A stretch of 64,000 nt of DNA from the NCBI GenBank assembly GCA_965178125.1, contig OZ237751.1, positions 310,001 through 374,000 on the forward strand, read 5' to 3'. Below the pieces are notes generated by a model that was given only the letters and a program-made list of their open reading frames with translations, was not told the origin of the DNA and made no database searches. A program made the translations under genes and the position numbers. The DNA comes from Bilabrum cf. latius (lineage: Eukaryota). Shown here one piece after another: positions 25,601 to 40,600 of this stretch (the stretch's first letter is position 1; every line of letters starts with the position of its first letter).

Positions 25601-28600
25601 GCTGCCGAGCTGCTGCACAAGCTGCCTGGCTCTCTACAGCTTGAGGTTGGTCAGGCGCACCTCGTCCTCCAGCTGCTGCTTCCTCTGCTTGGAGGCGCGC
25701 AGCTTGGCCGCGAGGGCTCCCAGTCTCTCCTCTACCTTGGCCAGCTCAGCTTCTTTCTCGCGCAAGGAAGCAGCCACACGCGCGTGCTCTGCCTCTGCCT
25801 CCTCGAGCCTGGCCTACTTCGGCCTGATGACCTGCAGGCTGTTGTGGTATGCCACGATCGCTCGCACCCAGGATGCTAATCCGTGTGCTGCCATGGACAC
25901 ACTCCTTAGCCGGCTGGGCTCGAACTCTGGCGACTCGATCAGGGGGCGCACTTGCCTCACCACGGAGTCCGAAATTTTGTCTCGGTTGTACTCGAGCAGT
26001 TTCTAGATGAATCGAGCGTCGGCGAGGAGGTTCTTCTGGGCGCTCTGCCAGTAGTCAAGCTTTACATGGGCCGGGTCGTGCGGCAGCGGGTCCGGGACCC
26101 TTTGTGGTGGCTTCTTGAACATGATGCAGACCGCCTGCATTACCAGCCGCACTCCGTCGGGGGGTGACGTCATCGTGCGTACCTCCGTGATATCTTGTCG
26201 CCGGAGCGAATTGACCGCATGCTCTGCAGCCCTGAGCTGAGGCATGGCCGCCGCCAGGTCCGCCTCGCACTCTTGCTGTATGGCTCTGGCCTCGTCCGCC
26301 TTGGCTGTTGCCGCCCTGTTTTCTCGAGCGACCTGCGCCCTGACCTTTTCAACCGAGCGAGTCTCACGCTCGATCTCGCGCATAACAGCTTCTGTCTCCT
26401 CGCGGTTCTACTGCAGATGAGGCTTCAGCGACTGCAGCTGCTTGCTCATGGTTGTCACGGCCATGGCCGTTTGTTCAAGCCGCTTGATTCCTGCGATGTA
26501 CCTGTCTCGTGCACCCCTTAGATCCTTTGCTTTCTATTTGAGAAGGCGTTTGAAGATGAAAGTCAGCTGCAAGAACCCCGATGGTGACACGTAAACGACC
26601 TCCCCTGTGGCCCTGCGATGCGCTCGAGCCACAACCAGAGCATTCTCGTGGATCCACGAACACAGGCGCATCACCTCGGCGGTGCGCTTGCCTGTCCCTC
26701 CAGTCGGAAGGCCACGGTCTCGTGCCACCTTCGCCTCCGATTCAGTTCTTTCAATGCCCCCTTCTTCTCCCCCATCTGCATCGTCAGACCCATCTTCACC
26801 AGCCTTGGATTCCTATGCTCCAGCAGAGCCGCCGGACGAGGCGGCTGCAGCGGCAGCCCCTTGGTCCACAATCTTCTGCGAGGTTGCGCCAAGCTTCACC
26901 ACATCTTGTTGCGCCGTCTCTGGTGGGCTTAGCTGCCGCACAGACGACTACAGCAGCGAGAAAGCCACGGCAGTTAGTCCGTCGCTGGGCCACGGCTCCA
27001 TCCAGTTGATGGCGCAGCAGGCCGACAGGGAGGGGTACTGCAGCAAAGCTCGCCGGAGCGAGTCACCGGTCGGACTCATGCACAGCACAATGTGCAGGTG
27101 GTCGCGCACGTGGTCCACAAAGAACTGGTAGCACTCAGAGACGCCCAGGTCACGAGAGGCAGAGAGGCGGGCAGCAGCCGCGCTGAGCAGGCCGATGCCG
27201 CTAGATGCCCCCGCACCACCGTCACCGCCCCCATCTCCGCCCACGTACGCGGACTCGTCTGTGATGTCGTGCACTCCAGCGATGCCTCCAGCCCGCCCGT
27301 CGGCGTACGCCGTCAGACTCGCAGACTGCTTCGCACGCATCTTGGCTCGCGCCATCGGTCGCATCTTCTCGGCGATCACTCCCTTCTCACCAGGAGAGAA
27401 CAAGTCCGGCACGTCACCGGTAGACAGAAGGGCATTGAGATCCTCGAGAACAAACGTGTGCCTCAGTTGCGCCTCAGACAGCAGCAGCACAGTGGAGCCG
27501 CTGTGCTGTGACCCACCGTCGCCACCAGCCCCGCCCGAGCCCCCTTCCATTGCGTCAGCAACTGCAGACTCTGGCCCACCCGCCACAGATGTACCAGCCT
27601 TCTCTAGGATAGACTTCAGATCGTCTCTCCACTCTGCTAGGCCGTACTGGCCACTTGATTCTACTTGCACGATCTCATGCCCGCCCATGTACGCCGCCAA
27701 GCGACACAAGCTGGCCCTGCCAGAGCCTGGCAGACCAACGAGCAACGCATGCCCGCCCGGCATCTTGAGCACTCGTGCGATCCTGGCGCAGTGCTGCACG
27801 GCATACCGAAACAAAGTCAGTGGCATGGGCTGCTGGCTGATGGCATTGTAGTCGTGCAAAAATGCGTTCATGATCTGCCGCACGCTGCCCATCCCGTCCC
27901 AGGCCAACAGCTCGGAGGGAGCCAGGTCACCTGCAGATCGATCACCACTTGCAGCTCGAGCATCGATGTCGTTCAGGAGCTTCTCTTGCGCCTGACGGGC
28001 CTGCAGTAGGCGACGGCGGCGGGCTGCTTTCTCTCGCTATGTGCCAGCGATATGAGAGAGATCTGCGGCTGCCCTGCCACTCTTCTGGCGCTGTCTGGCC
28101 GCATTCAGCCCGGCTCCTGAAGCCGACGGGCCGGACGGCCCTCCCTTGCCCTGTTCTGCTGACTGTTCCGCAATTTCCAGCTGCATCATGCCAATGGAGC
28201 TTCCAGTCGTCCTGACGGGCAGCTCCTTGTAGTCTCCGCTTTGCTGTTCTCCTCCGATGAGTGCGGCTGCGATGCCCTCCGATTCGCTGGCACCAGCACT
28301 ACCACCGCCCTCTACCATGAGTCCAACGGCGGCTGCATCGTGAGAGTCTTCGCCTCCCACTACACCAAAGTCACCGAACATGAGGTCACTCATTTCCTCG
28401 AACGTGTCAACACGGTTGTCACCATCTGAGTCGAGATGGGCCAGCAGCCTGTCGGGGTCCTCAGAGAAGGTCGACCGTAGGATGGCGCGAGCGAAAGACG
28501 CCACCATGTGACGGTCTCCATCGTCCACCAGCCGATCGCCGAACACTCGGAGTGACTCGTGCGTCCATGCCCTCGTGATCACGGCGGTATCGTTGCCCAC

Positions 28601-31600
28601 TGCGGAAGATGGCACCATCATAATACCGAATACTACGCGCGCCACGTCCCTGAGGTTGAAGGTGTAGTGCGCCTTGGCTGGTGTTGGAGGCAGGGCCTCC
28701 TTCACCTTCCGGAAGAGCTGCACGGACCCTGAAACGATGGGCCGCGTCATCTTCCGGATCCGATCCGAGTAACCATGCTGGGAGAAGTGCCACGATACGA
28801 TGGACGTAAAAATACGCGTTAGCGTCACGTCGTCAGAGGCCGGCACACCTACCGTGTGCACCTGTCGGAGCAGTCTCCGAGACACCTGTTGTCTGCCGCC
28901 GCCAGGTGGTCCCATAGCACCGATGACCAGCGTATCCTCGATTCGCTGGAATGTCGCTCCCCGTTTCACTGAGAACCATCCGCCGTGTGATAGCAGCTGT
29001 GTGATGAGCTCGAGCGGCGGACAGGCGCCAGAGATCGAGTCACGAGTGGGCAGGTTCATGTCATCTACAAAAACGAGCAAGCTGTGGTGCTGCGGCCCGC
29101 CGCCTGCACCCCCGTCTTGCGGGTCGCCCGACTCGCCGCCCGCGGCAAGACCGGGACCAAGCCGGCCAGGACCGCGAGGCACCAGCGCAGATTCCACTGC
29201 GTTCTGCACGGCACTCGCCTCGGTGCCAGAGCTGAAGGCAAGCGGCAAGCTGTAGAACGTTCGCTTCACCTTCGGCGCCGCTTGCCCGGTCTAACCCATG
29301 GACGAAGACACTCCAGCCAGCCATCCGCTCGCATCATCCCTTGCAGATGCAGCCCCAAGGCCACGAAGCCTCCGGAGCAGGACCAGCCCGCCTGTATGTC
29401 GCATCTGCCTGGACACAACACTGCCTCTGGACGACAAGGGGTCGGCTGCACTCAGCCCCATCGCGTGTGACATGCCCTCCGGGTCAACATCGGCCATGTC
29501 CCTGGCGTATGCCTCGTCCTCGGCATCTTCGCCCTGCTGCGGCAGGTGCGAATACGACTGCTGCTAGTGTTGCGTGCCGCTGGCCGATGTTCCGGCGATT
29601 GCTTGGCCTCCACGCACAAGGCTTGCGCCTGTGTGAACAGCCCCGCCACTCGCAGGATCCTCAGCCTCCTGCTCGCTGGCAGCCGCAGCCAGGGCAGCTG
29701 CCGACGCTACACCCATGCCTCTCGCGATTTGCGACAGACGTTGACGCAAGCAAACTGTCTTGCCCGTGCCAGTCGGACCCACGAAAACAATAGAATGCCC
29801 CCTGACTATGGCTGCATCCAGCAGCCAGGTCATGCAAGCGGTATCACCGGTTGGCACCACCAGCTGCGAGGGAGAGATGAGCTGGTTCTTGCCGTGACCC
29901 GCAACACTCAGTCCCAGGCTGGAGTCGACCAGGGAGTCCCACTATACCCACTATCCGAGGCCCTGCGTGCTCAGCTTGTACTCGAAGACAGACCCTCCCT
30001 GTGGGAATGGCTAGGCCACCTTGCGTCTCCGCTGGCCCTGCTGGGCAGAAGTGCCAGCCAGTGCGCTTCGAAGCCAAGCATCGAATCGAGCTCTACCGGA
30101 TGCATCCAGGTGTCCTCCAACCGACCACACAAGAGAAAACAAGAAGGACATCTCCAGGTAGCCGTGAAGCTCTTCTTGCGACATCCCGGGCCAAGTTTTC
30201 TGCATGCCGTCACCGTCTCCGTGCGTGCTCAGCTCCGGTTCGCCACCTGCCGCACTTGAGGCAGGATGTTCCTGCCCGTCATTGGCCCCACTAAAAAGCA
30301 TCTCAGCGTTGCGGTCCTCTTGTTTGATAATTTCTGCGGCATTGGCTGCCAGGTGAGCCCTGCTCATGCGCCTCCCCCCGCGTCCTGACTGGCCTACCCT
30401 GCCTGCTTGGAAGCTGCCGCCAGCACCTGCCGACATCGAAGACACGGCTTGCATGGCCTTGTCGGGCACTTGCTCGCGGAACAGAGAGGCCAGCATGGAC
30501 ACCATAGACGAGGCCAAGGCCACCTCGCTGAGCGAGCCCAGCGGCATGTAGCTGCTGTCGCCAAGGCCTCCTGTCCCGGTCTCGAACCTGCGCTTGCTGC
30601 TCCCACCGCTGCCCGTCAGCAGAGCGATGGCTGCGGCCGTTTCCTCTGCAGTAGGGGCGGGCTAATCTCCACCGTGCGCAAAATCTCGCTGCATCACAGT
30701 GGCAGCATCCGCTGCGGAGTGCTCGAATGTGTTCCGCCGTGCGCCATCTCCAGACAAAGGGTCCCGCAGTAGCGCCGACCCGTGCCCCGTGGCCTTCACT
30801 CCCATGGCCCGCCGCAGCACAGCTCCAGGCAACAGCTCGTTGATGTCCTCCTCACCGCCATCGCCCCCGGCGCCCTGCCCGTGTTGACCCGCCCCGCGGT
30901 GCACCGAGGCTACTGCGGCGGTGGCGGCGTTGGCGGCGCCCTACACCTCGTCATCGAAGTCGTCTTGAGAGCTTGACCCGGCGTCCCTGCGGCCTGCAGA
31001 GCCCGTCAGTACCAGTCGGACGGCGGGATCGAACAACCACTGGAAGAGCTCAAGTAGCACGGCGGCATTCTCGGGATGTGCCAGCACGGGCGGTAGCTAG
31101 TCCAGCCAGGACGCCACGACAGGCCTCCAGCCAACCCTCCACTTCTCGAAGTAGACCATGGCGCATCGACTCACCGTCGCCGGCGATGCTGCCGCCAAGG
31201 ATTCGGTCTCGAAGACCAGCTGCATGCGGTTGTGCAGTGGCAGCACCTCACCGCTGGACAGGCAGAGGATCTTGCTATCGTCCAGCACGGAGTTCAAGTT
31301 CTCCATCCAGGCCGAGTCTACGGTGCCGTCGAGCACCAGCCACTTCCGACGCGCCTCCTTGTCAGCAGCCGTTGCTGCTCTTCGGAAAATGGCCGCAAGC
31401 AACCCGTCGGTCCATTCTTGACTCGTGGGGTCGTGTTTGCCATACAGCTGCTCCAGCGAAACCGCCCGAGGACTGAGTGAGAATGCATCCACGGGGAGCT
31501 CAGGCGGGGGGCTCGGCACGATCTCGCGCGTGGGGTATGAGCCGTCTTCTAAAGGCTCCATGGTCTTGTCGGGGACGTGGAGGCCCTTGCCATTGGTTGC

Positions 31601-34600
31601 CGCGAGGACAGCCTGTCGCAGCACGCTGCGCCCAGGGAGGGGAGCACCGGGTCCGCTGCGAGCCACTGCGCTTGCCAACGCAAACGCAATAGCTGGATTC
31701 TCAATGTGGTTGCCGCTGGCCCAGTCGTTGTAGGTATGGTCCAAAGCCTGCTGCAGCACGCGAAGCGCGGTAGTCTTACCGCTCGAAGCAGCGCCCACCA
31801 GCATAATCCCATGCCTCACCTGCATGGTAGAATGCAGCTGAGCGGCCTTCTCTGCGATGGCTGGCTGCGGCTGCAGGCCCAGCCGCATCATGGACTGACC
31901 AACAGCAGGTAAGATGGGCAGGGGCACCCACTTGTGCTAATCCTGCACTTCGGTGATGGAGCCGCGCTGGCCCTTCTTCTTGCCGCGTGCGGAGGACTCG
32001 GCACCACCCTCATCGCCGTCATCCTGCTGTTTCAAATGGTCGGTGCCCGCTCCACTAGTGGACGTCAATGCGCCTGGGGCTGCCTTGGGGAACAAGTCCC
32101 TGAGAATGTCCCGGAACAGGGGAAGGTCTCTGGCAAGCAGCTTGGGCTCGTTGGTCTCGCGTAGCGCGTGCAGTACCAGGTCCGCCTCGAAATCGTCCGT
32201 CTCCTGAGACCTCCTCGAGCTGCGACCTACGGACGTGTCCGGCAGAGCAGAGGGACTCACTCGAGAGTGGTCGTGGATGCTAGCCTCCTGCAGCCCCTGG
32301 AATAGAGAGTCCTGTCCGAGTTCGTCGGATACGAGCGTCGCTCGTTTGAGGCTGCCTGCGGTCCGCAAAGTGGCGATGACAGCCCGCATGCCGTAGTCAT
32401 ACGCGGCTTGCTGGGAGAGCTGCTCACTGGCCATGCGATACGCCGTGACGATCCTCGATGACAGCGCCCTGGCGTGAAGGTAGCCTTCACTGAATAGCAG
32501 GATTTCAGCAATGAGGGCATAGTCTGGGACCACCATGGCCACGGGCCGGAAGAGGGCCTTGAGGTTGTCGGGCAGCTCCGTGCGGCCGGCATACCCAGGG
32601 TTCATCGTAATGAAGACGCCCGTTGTACGAACGAGTCTCACCTGCACACCTTCCACCGTTACGTGCTTGTCGAAGCCAGCGACTGCCTGCTGCACTGCCA
32701 TGATTTGCTGCGCCACCACGGACAGCGTGGAGACGCCGATCCGGTTAAACTCGTCGAAGCATGCCCACGCACCAGTGGCGGCAAGCCCACAGAAGAACTT
32801 GCCCATAGCACCGACGTCTAGACCCTCCGAGCAGTTGAACACAACGCACTGCCTGCCCAGGCTCTTTGAAAGATCCTTGACGCTCTCTGTCTTGCCAGTG
32901 CCGGCCGGGCCCTCCGGGGCGCCGCCCAAGTTCAGGTGCAGCGCGGCAGTGAGCGTTCTGTAGCACCTGTCTGTGAGCGGCGTGATGACCAATCGGCTCG
33001 ATGTGCCCAGGTACTCCCAGGTGTATGGAAGCTGTGCAGAGACCATCGTGAGGGCATACCTATCGTACTTCTCGCGACGGGAGGCACTTCTAGCTCCAAC
33101 GTGCCTGCCGCTTCTTGAGATCGAAGGCATGCCACCTGCCAGCTGGGCCGGATTAAAGCCACCCACAGATTCTCGACGCCGCCGTCGCACGGCGTCGGCT
33201 CTTGCTTTACCGCCACTGGCTTGTACGGTCGCCAACCGGCTAGCGTTTGAAGAATCGCCAATGTCTTGCTCAACTTCGTACTCGTGGTCGTCACCAGGGT
33301 ACCAATAGTGCCTCAGCTGCACCTGCCAGTCGAACGCATCGCGATCTTCGACTTTGCCCTTGTACAGCTTTCCTGCGATATCTTTGGAGTGCACGTCCAG
33401 CACAAGCAACGACGACAGCGTGGCCCGCTGCAGCGACGGCAGCTGCCCCCTCACGAGCCTGACTAGGTCCTCGATTCCCACGGAGCAGCGCCTGTAGAAC
33501 TTCGACAGGTGGGCCCTGGCTGATTCTTCGGCCTTCTGCGTGATAGCATCCGCCGTGGCCTGCTCCAGCACGCTCATTCGGGCCTTTGAGGACTTGGATG
33601 CTTTGCTGCGCGTGCTCTATCGGCTGCCCCCGGCTCTGCCAGTTGCCGCGGCTTCCGCCTCATCGAGTGCTTGCTAACCGGCGCTTGCTGCTGCTCGCAT
33701 AGCCTCTTCGGCTTCCTGGGTGAAGGCAATCTGGGAGGCAGCCAAGACTGCCTGCTGGGGCCAGCGGAGAACCCACTGCTTCCGTGGAGTCTTGGCATAG
33801 TCTTCAAGAGCTTCGCCGGTCAGGGCACGCACAGTTCCCCGCATGGAGGCCTCGAGCTGGGAGAGCCACGCCTCCACAGCGCCCCGGCTGGCAGTTGTAT
33901 CCACAGGTTTGCGCAGCAGCAACGCCTCCCGGCTCTTGGCAACCATGCTGGACACCACGCACGCCTTCCCGGATTTTGAGGAGCCGCCATCGAGCATGGA
34001 AGAGTCGCTGTCGAGTCGCCCACGACCCCACCCATCCACTGACTCTACTTTGCTCCTGTCTCGCGAGGCCGCCTCATCGGCTGCCTTAGTCTCCTCGTCC
34101 TGAATGCCACCCTTCGCTATGGCCGCAACAGCCATGCCGGCCCGCTTGGCTTCTGCTTGGGAGAGGGTTTCGTTGTCGAACAGCAGAGTGTCTATCCCAG
34201 CAAAGCACTTGCTGAGGTGTGGCAGCACCCGCATTGGGTCGTCTGTCTCGGACAGAATCTCCAAGATCTCGTCGTTCGACAAGAAGAAGAAGCGCGGAAA
34301 GGCCTGTCGCTTTCGCCGCAGGTACTCTGCGACACCATTCCGGATGTCTTCCAGGACCGCCTCTGCCTCCTCTAGGCGAGTTGTCACTCGATCATCCTTG
34401 AAAGCTTTGTGCGCCAGGTTCTCTCGCTGGCACAGGGCCGCCACGGTGCGCCAGTGGTCGTCCACGAGATCGAACTTGGCGGCCTCGGTCGGCATTTGCC
34501 TGTGGATGTCGGCGCTCGAGAAGACCTTCTAGAAGTGCACCCAGGCTTTCTGCACCTCGAGCCACTGCGACAGAACCCGCTTGCTCTTGGCAAGGAAGTC

Positions 34601-37600
34601 CGCATGACGAGTGAGACGGTCCTGCACTGGTGCCGCGTGCGGCGAGCCACGCATGGTCTACGTTCGCACCGTGTGGTCGGTGATTGTGGTCATGAGGGCG
34701 TCGGCATGCTCGCCCTGCATGACGGAAACACCAGTCTCGGTATGCGCCTTGAGGCCCAGAGTCATCTGCTGCCACTCGGACTCCATCTGATCAAGTGCCC
34801 TCTCGATGGAGTGCTCTCGCGTTGCGGCATCGCTCACGATCTGCAGGGCGGGTAAAAACTCATCGAGGCCCAGGTCCAGCAGGCGCTGCAGGTCCCAGCC
34901 ACCGGTGGGCCGAATGCGCACCCGCACCACGTCAGACACGGCCTCCCAGTGCCGATCCCGCATCCCTGGATTGCACATGACGTGCAGCAGGGCAAGGTTT
35001 GTCCGGAACTTGTCCATCTTACCGGCGAGCTAGTCTGCAACATCGGCGGCCAGAGGGGCAACCTTGCGCAGCGCACGGCCGAGCCGATCCCCGGTGCGAT
35101 ACAGCCGATCCACGTCCGCAGACACGGCGTCAGCGTCAAGGGTAAATATGTTACCTCGCTGCCACCTTTGAAGACTGGCATCCACCTCCTGCACCCCATT
35201 CCAAAGGGCAAGGTATGGCGCCAGGCGAGCGCGGTTCTGCGTCACCTCCTTGAAATCAGTGGTGGCAAAGCCGAGCAAGTCTTCCTCCTCGTGGACCCGC
35301 ATCACGTCCAGGTCTGCCTGCTGCAGCCGCTGCACGATGCCGTCGAGCGCTTGCGTGTACTCTCGGAATCGATCCCAGTCGTTGCAACCCTGAAACTCGT
35401 CAATTCTCAGCCTAAGCGACTCCATCGTCTTCCTTACGTTAGATCGCAGCTGCCTCAGCCGCTGCTCCGCCCTCGACCTGAACCCGGTCAGGGTTTCGCT
35501 AGACCTCTGGATGATCTCGTCGATACCGTCGCGCTGGGCAGCCACCTTGCGTGCCCCATCCAGACACTGCACAGAGATAGCATGGTCGTGCTTGAACAGG
35601 AAGTTGAGCAGCCCACGGGCAGCCTCCCCGTGCTTCTCGAGTTCAGGCAACTGCTGGGAGATGGCCGTCTCCAGCGAGGTCTCGCCACGAACCAGATCCA
35701 CAGAGCTGCCTGGCGGGTGCAACAGCCTGCTAGACAGGGTGCTGTATCTCCTAGAGATATCCTGATAGGCTGTCACGCACCACTCTTCCACGTACTCGAG
35801 CACCATTCCGATGAGAGCATCTGCAGCACCGAGGAGCGAGCGGTTCATGCTGCCGCACTCCACCAGGATCATATCCAAGGGGAGCTCATCAGGAGCGCCA
35901 AGGCCTGACTGGATGTCGTCTCTCGCAGCGCGGTACTGCTCGATGGTTTTGTTGCAGTCCTCCAGTGACGGCTTGCTGGCCAGGAAATCCCTAAGGTCGT
36001 GCTCTTCGCGCAGAAGGAACTCGTACGGGGCGTACAGCTCAAGGAGGGCTGCAGCGTCCTACAGGTTGCGACGAACGATGTGTCGTACGAGCTAACGAGC
36101 CCTCGATACCGTCTCATCGTGCATGGAAAGACCCCAGAGGTATCTACGGGTACTGGCCACGGAGCCCTCCCTGCCGTCCTGCAGCGTCGACACATGGTCG
36201 ATGCCGCTCCCTGCCGCAGACTGCGATGCCCCCAAGGCCGACCCAAGGGCACCAGACTCTACCATGCGCTACACCCTAGCGGCCTTGTAGCCAGGGTACG
36301 GTCGGAGATGATGAGGCCCGTCCCTAATGCCGCCCGCAGCTTCCTCGGCGGTAGTTGCGGGGGCACCCTGAGACGAGGGTGGCTGCACGGCAAGCGGGGG
36401 TGCCTCCCGGAAAGACTGCTCGAAGCCGGCAGGGTTGGTGACCCATGCCGGGTTGTTGCTGTTGCGCATGCTAGTGTTGCCCCTGCTGGCGCCATCCACG
36501 TCGTTGTCTTCCTTCCAAAGCCCAGACGCCCTCAGGTGAAGCGCGGGGAAACCGTTCGTGGCTCCAACGACAGAATCGAAGACGCGGAGCACCGCAGCCT
36601 CCACTTCCTCAGGCGACGGTCTCAGACAAAATCTCAGGCGAGATCCCTCGTCCTTCGAGTGCTTCGTAGATCCAGAGTGGATGGAAGACAGGTCATCGAG
36701 GGCGTGACCCTCCTCCTCGTCGCGCTGGTCGGGGCCACCAGACAGCCGCCTGCCGGAGGCACCGAGCTCGTCACTCACGCCATCTGTGGGCGGCTCGAAG
36801 TGGCTGTGGAAGGAGTCCGCATCTCCAAAGAAGGAGCCATTCTCAGAGTCGCCGTCACCTCGGCTGCCCTCGCTTTCAGTCCCATCCCGACCATGCCTGT
36901 GACTCGGGAGAGGCTCTTCGGCCCTGAGGTGCACAAGGAACGCAGGCCGCTGAGCAGCCGTACGGAGGGAGGCAAAGGCACGACTAGCCCCCGGCACACC
37001 CCGCACAGATGGACCACCAGTAGCGGATACTTCGTCTCTAACCTCCTGCGGATCCTGAGAGAAGATGCTCTCCATGATGTTCCGCACTCGAGCGGCATCC
37101 TGACCAAGAGACGCAGCCAGGTCCACTGAATCCTCGTAGCCGTCCTGGTCCGCGAGCACGATACCTTCCTCATCCTCAACTGGCCACGCAGTCGCAGCGT
37201 CACCCGGCACAGCAGCGCGGCTTGCGGCAGCCTGCGTTCCCATGCTCTTGGCTCGCTTCAGCGTGGGGCCAGCGGCCGCTCTACGCTCAGACTCGTACTC
37301 CCCTGGCAACGGGCGCTGCACCCTGCAAGCCCGAACCGCCGCTTCCAATCCAGCCATCTCTATGGCGAGCTGCCGCTGGCCGTCAATGATTGCCTGCAGC
37401 ACCTCCGCTCGCACGCCCACCTCCCTAGAGACCTCCACAGGCAGGCGGCCACGCAGCGCCGTGGCAGGCCGGTCCCTCGGGTCCTATGGAGGCACGAAGC
37501 CGTTGGTGCGCGGCACGGCTTGTTCGATGAGCCCCTCCGCAAACCGATCGCCCAGCACGGCTCGCAGCACGTTCTCTCGAGACAATGCGGGGGTAAGCAG

Positions 37601-40600
37601 GTCACCAGCAAGCACATTGTCCTCTTCCTGCCGCCCCCTAAGCAGAGTGGAGTACATGCCTCCACCTGCATCTAGCAGCTCCACGGGCAGCCTAGACAGG
37701 CGCCGGCCGCCGATTGATCGCCGGCGGCCTCCCTACTGCCCGGCATGAGGCCGACGCGCATTCGCCGGAGACGTCGGTGCTCCACCCACACCCGCAACTG
37801 CGGCATCGTCGGCGCCCTCGGCACCGTACCTCAGCATCAGGTCGCTGCCTCCCTCGCTGGACTGCACCGCGCTGACGGTCGATGCGTCGCCTCGGGGCAC
37901 GGCCCTGCCTCCCTGCCTATCGTCGTGGCTGCCGCCCTCCTACCCCCCTTCGATCCCGATGGCAGACAAGATCTCATCGCGGAGCGCGCCCACTGCATCC
38001 TCGCCCCCCGGCGAATGCAGGCCAAGGCCAGCCAAGGTGCCCAGCAGGTCGCCTTCGTCATCCTCTGCGGCCTGCAGATTAGCCACTTCGAGCATGAGCG
38101 CGTTTGCCTCCTGCTCAGCAGCGTCCTCGTCGGCAGTGTCCTCGAGACCCTCCGTGTCATTCATGCCTACGCTGTCGTTGATTCCAGAGGCCCCCTGCAC
38201 GACGGCCATGCTGCCCCTGCGGTCGCCCCCCGACACCTTGCGCCTCGGTTTGCCCGCCCCGAGGGTCTTGGAGGCGACCGCGTCGGATGCCGTACGCTCC
38301 CCCTTTGCCGCTACCTTGGCCTTTTCGTGCGCCCTGATGACCCGCAAAGCCTGGAACTGGGCCTCGTTCAGCACGCCCCTCGGCATGATCATGTCGGCGT
38401 TCTGCGCAAAGAACTCGCGCTTCCTCTTCTGCAGAGCCTCCCTGGCCTTGTCTTTCTCCGCCGTCTTGCGGGCCTCGGCAAGGCGCTTCACCTCCGCCTC
38501 GTACTCTGCCTTTCGCTCCCGAAGTGCCCTCCTGCGGGCCCGCTGCCTGGCCTCGGCCACCAGGAACCGAAGGACCAGGCGCTACCTCCTTGGTGCAAAA
38601 CGCAGGAAAAAGGCGACAATTGCCTGCAGGGAGCTGGATCCAACGTCGATCAGCTGCAGGCTGAGCTGCGTTGTGCAGGCCGCATTGAACTTGGGCATGT
38701 CAAATTCGTCGGGATGGATGAAGCCGCTGACGCCGTGCTTGAATCCGGGCACCATGTGCGCATCGTAGCTCGAGGCATGGCCCCGGCGATGCATGGTAGC
38801 GAGAAACTGCGCGGAGTGATCCATGGCCTGGGTGTGCCACAGGTCTAGCAGGCTCTGTCGCACGGCGGCTGCGTGCTTTGTCTGCTCGTTGACCCACTCT
38901 TCGGGAGACACGGGTCGCGCCCCGGTGGCGATAGCCTCGGCATCCGACCTGGGCACGTCCACCAGCAGAGCCACGCCGCCCTCGGACCGGTAGCCCCTCC
39001 ACGAGTCAAGCAGCTGTCGAGGTCCCGCGCAGAGAGAGTACAGCTTCTTCTTCAGCGCGTGTTTTGCCGCTCGCACGCTTGAGTGCCACACAACGGGTGC
39101 ATCGCACTCTGGTGGAGCACCCTACGCTCGGGGCGCGCGCTGCGACACCGTGCCCACACCGTACCCAACGGCCCCGCCGGTACCCAGCAGCCTAGACTCC
39201 CGGGGGAGCAGCCCGCTAGGCAGGTAGAACCGCTCGCCCCACTCCCTGACCCGCGAGTCTGCAGGGACCGCAGCGATCCGGAGGCGCTTCCGCTCGGCGG
39301 GCGACCGCAGCAGGTAGCTGAGCAGAGCCTGCCTCCCCGATTTCTCGTACTCTTCCCTGACCTCGTGCACCTCCTCCGCGATGATCTGCTCGTACGTGCC
39401 CTGCGACATGGTGGGCCTTCTGTCTGGTGGCATCTCCTGAGGGGAAGGCTGCAGCATCCGCGAGACGTTGTCGAGCCAGGAAGGCTGCACAGGTGCGAGC
39501 GCGCCCGTCCTCACGCTGATCGCCTCTGCCCCACCCGGACCAAGCCCTGAAACGTACCGGTGGAATCGAATCGAAGACACGACCAGGGGGTGGTCTTCCG
39601 GCAGGCTCAACGCATGCACGCTCCTGTTAGCATCGCGCAGCACACCAGCAGAAGCTGCAGACCACACCGGCAGAACGGCCGTGCCACAGACCACGGCCAC
39701 CGGTCGCACCACGCCTTCACCGGCGGTACCGTGATGGGAGCGCTCACCGCGCAGCCTGAGCGGACTTACACCTTGCCCCGGGTGCGGAGCCCCGGTGCCG
39801 GCTGAGGCAGCCCCTCCCGTGGCCTAGGCGCAGATCACAAAGGCTGGAGGAGAGTCACCAGCACCCATCCCATCGACCACAGCCCCCTGAGCGCGCAAGA
39901 AGGTCTCAAGGGGATCCATGGGAGCTAGAATCGACGATTCACGGCGCAGCTCCCTTATACGCCTCGGGGATGCGATGCCAGGCCTGGGCATGTTCGGTGC
40001 CTGCGGGCTGCCAATGCCGACGCTCCTGGTGGCCAGCGCACTCGTTCCACCCAAACCACCGGTCATAGACAGTGGGGCGCGGGTAGCTCTACCGTGCTTA
40101 CGAGCCGAGCCCAGCGACACCTCGATCCCCCCCGCGCCCCCGCGAGCGGTTCGATTCACGCTGCTCCATCGCTCCGCACCGGACGTGTCCCCGGATCCGT
40201 CCGTCACGCCGGTGCCCTCGGATGCGGCAACCGCGGCGCGATCCGGGCTGGAGGCTGTCGATGCTCCCTTGGCGCGGTGATGCTGCCTCCCCGCGGCCCT
40301 TGATGCAGCACCCCTCCCAGTCACAGCTCGCGCTCGCCCACGTGGTGACGCGGTGGTTGGCACCGTCGACGAGAGGTCGATCGTTTCCCCGTGCACGTCC
40401 CCCGCCACGGTGTACTTCTGGTCGAACGCACCTGGCAAAATGGCATTTGGGTACTCGTCCTCGCCCTGACCGTCTCTAGCAGCATCCAAGGCGCCGCTCG
40501 CCTTTGATTCCCCCGCTCCCGCTCCTCCACCCAGCGACCATTTCTTCTGCCTGACCTGCGAGCCGATCCCTAGGTACACCACACCACCTATGGATCGTTT

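Noticed and set aside
16821-34660. TAG as pyrrolysine, Leu, Glu or Tyr, or TAG removed by micro-introns
   Set aside because: Conserved columns and the paralog swap point to Gln. Motif spacing needs exactly one residue. A few sites align with Glu-type positions (34529, 21920) but these are conservative substitutions.
34949-38848. Long plus-strand ORFs opposite dynein (also 55040-57919 opposite CAP-G and the QRT3-like gene)
   Set aside because: Antisense shadows typical of GC-rich coding DNA, with no recognisable motifs.
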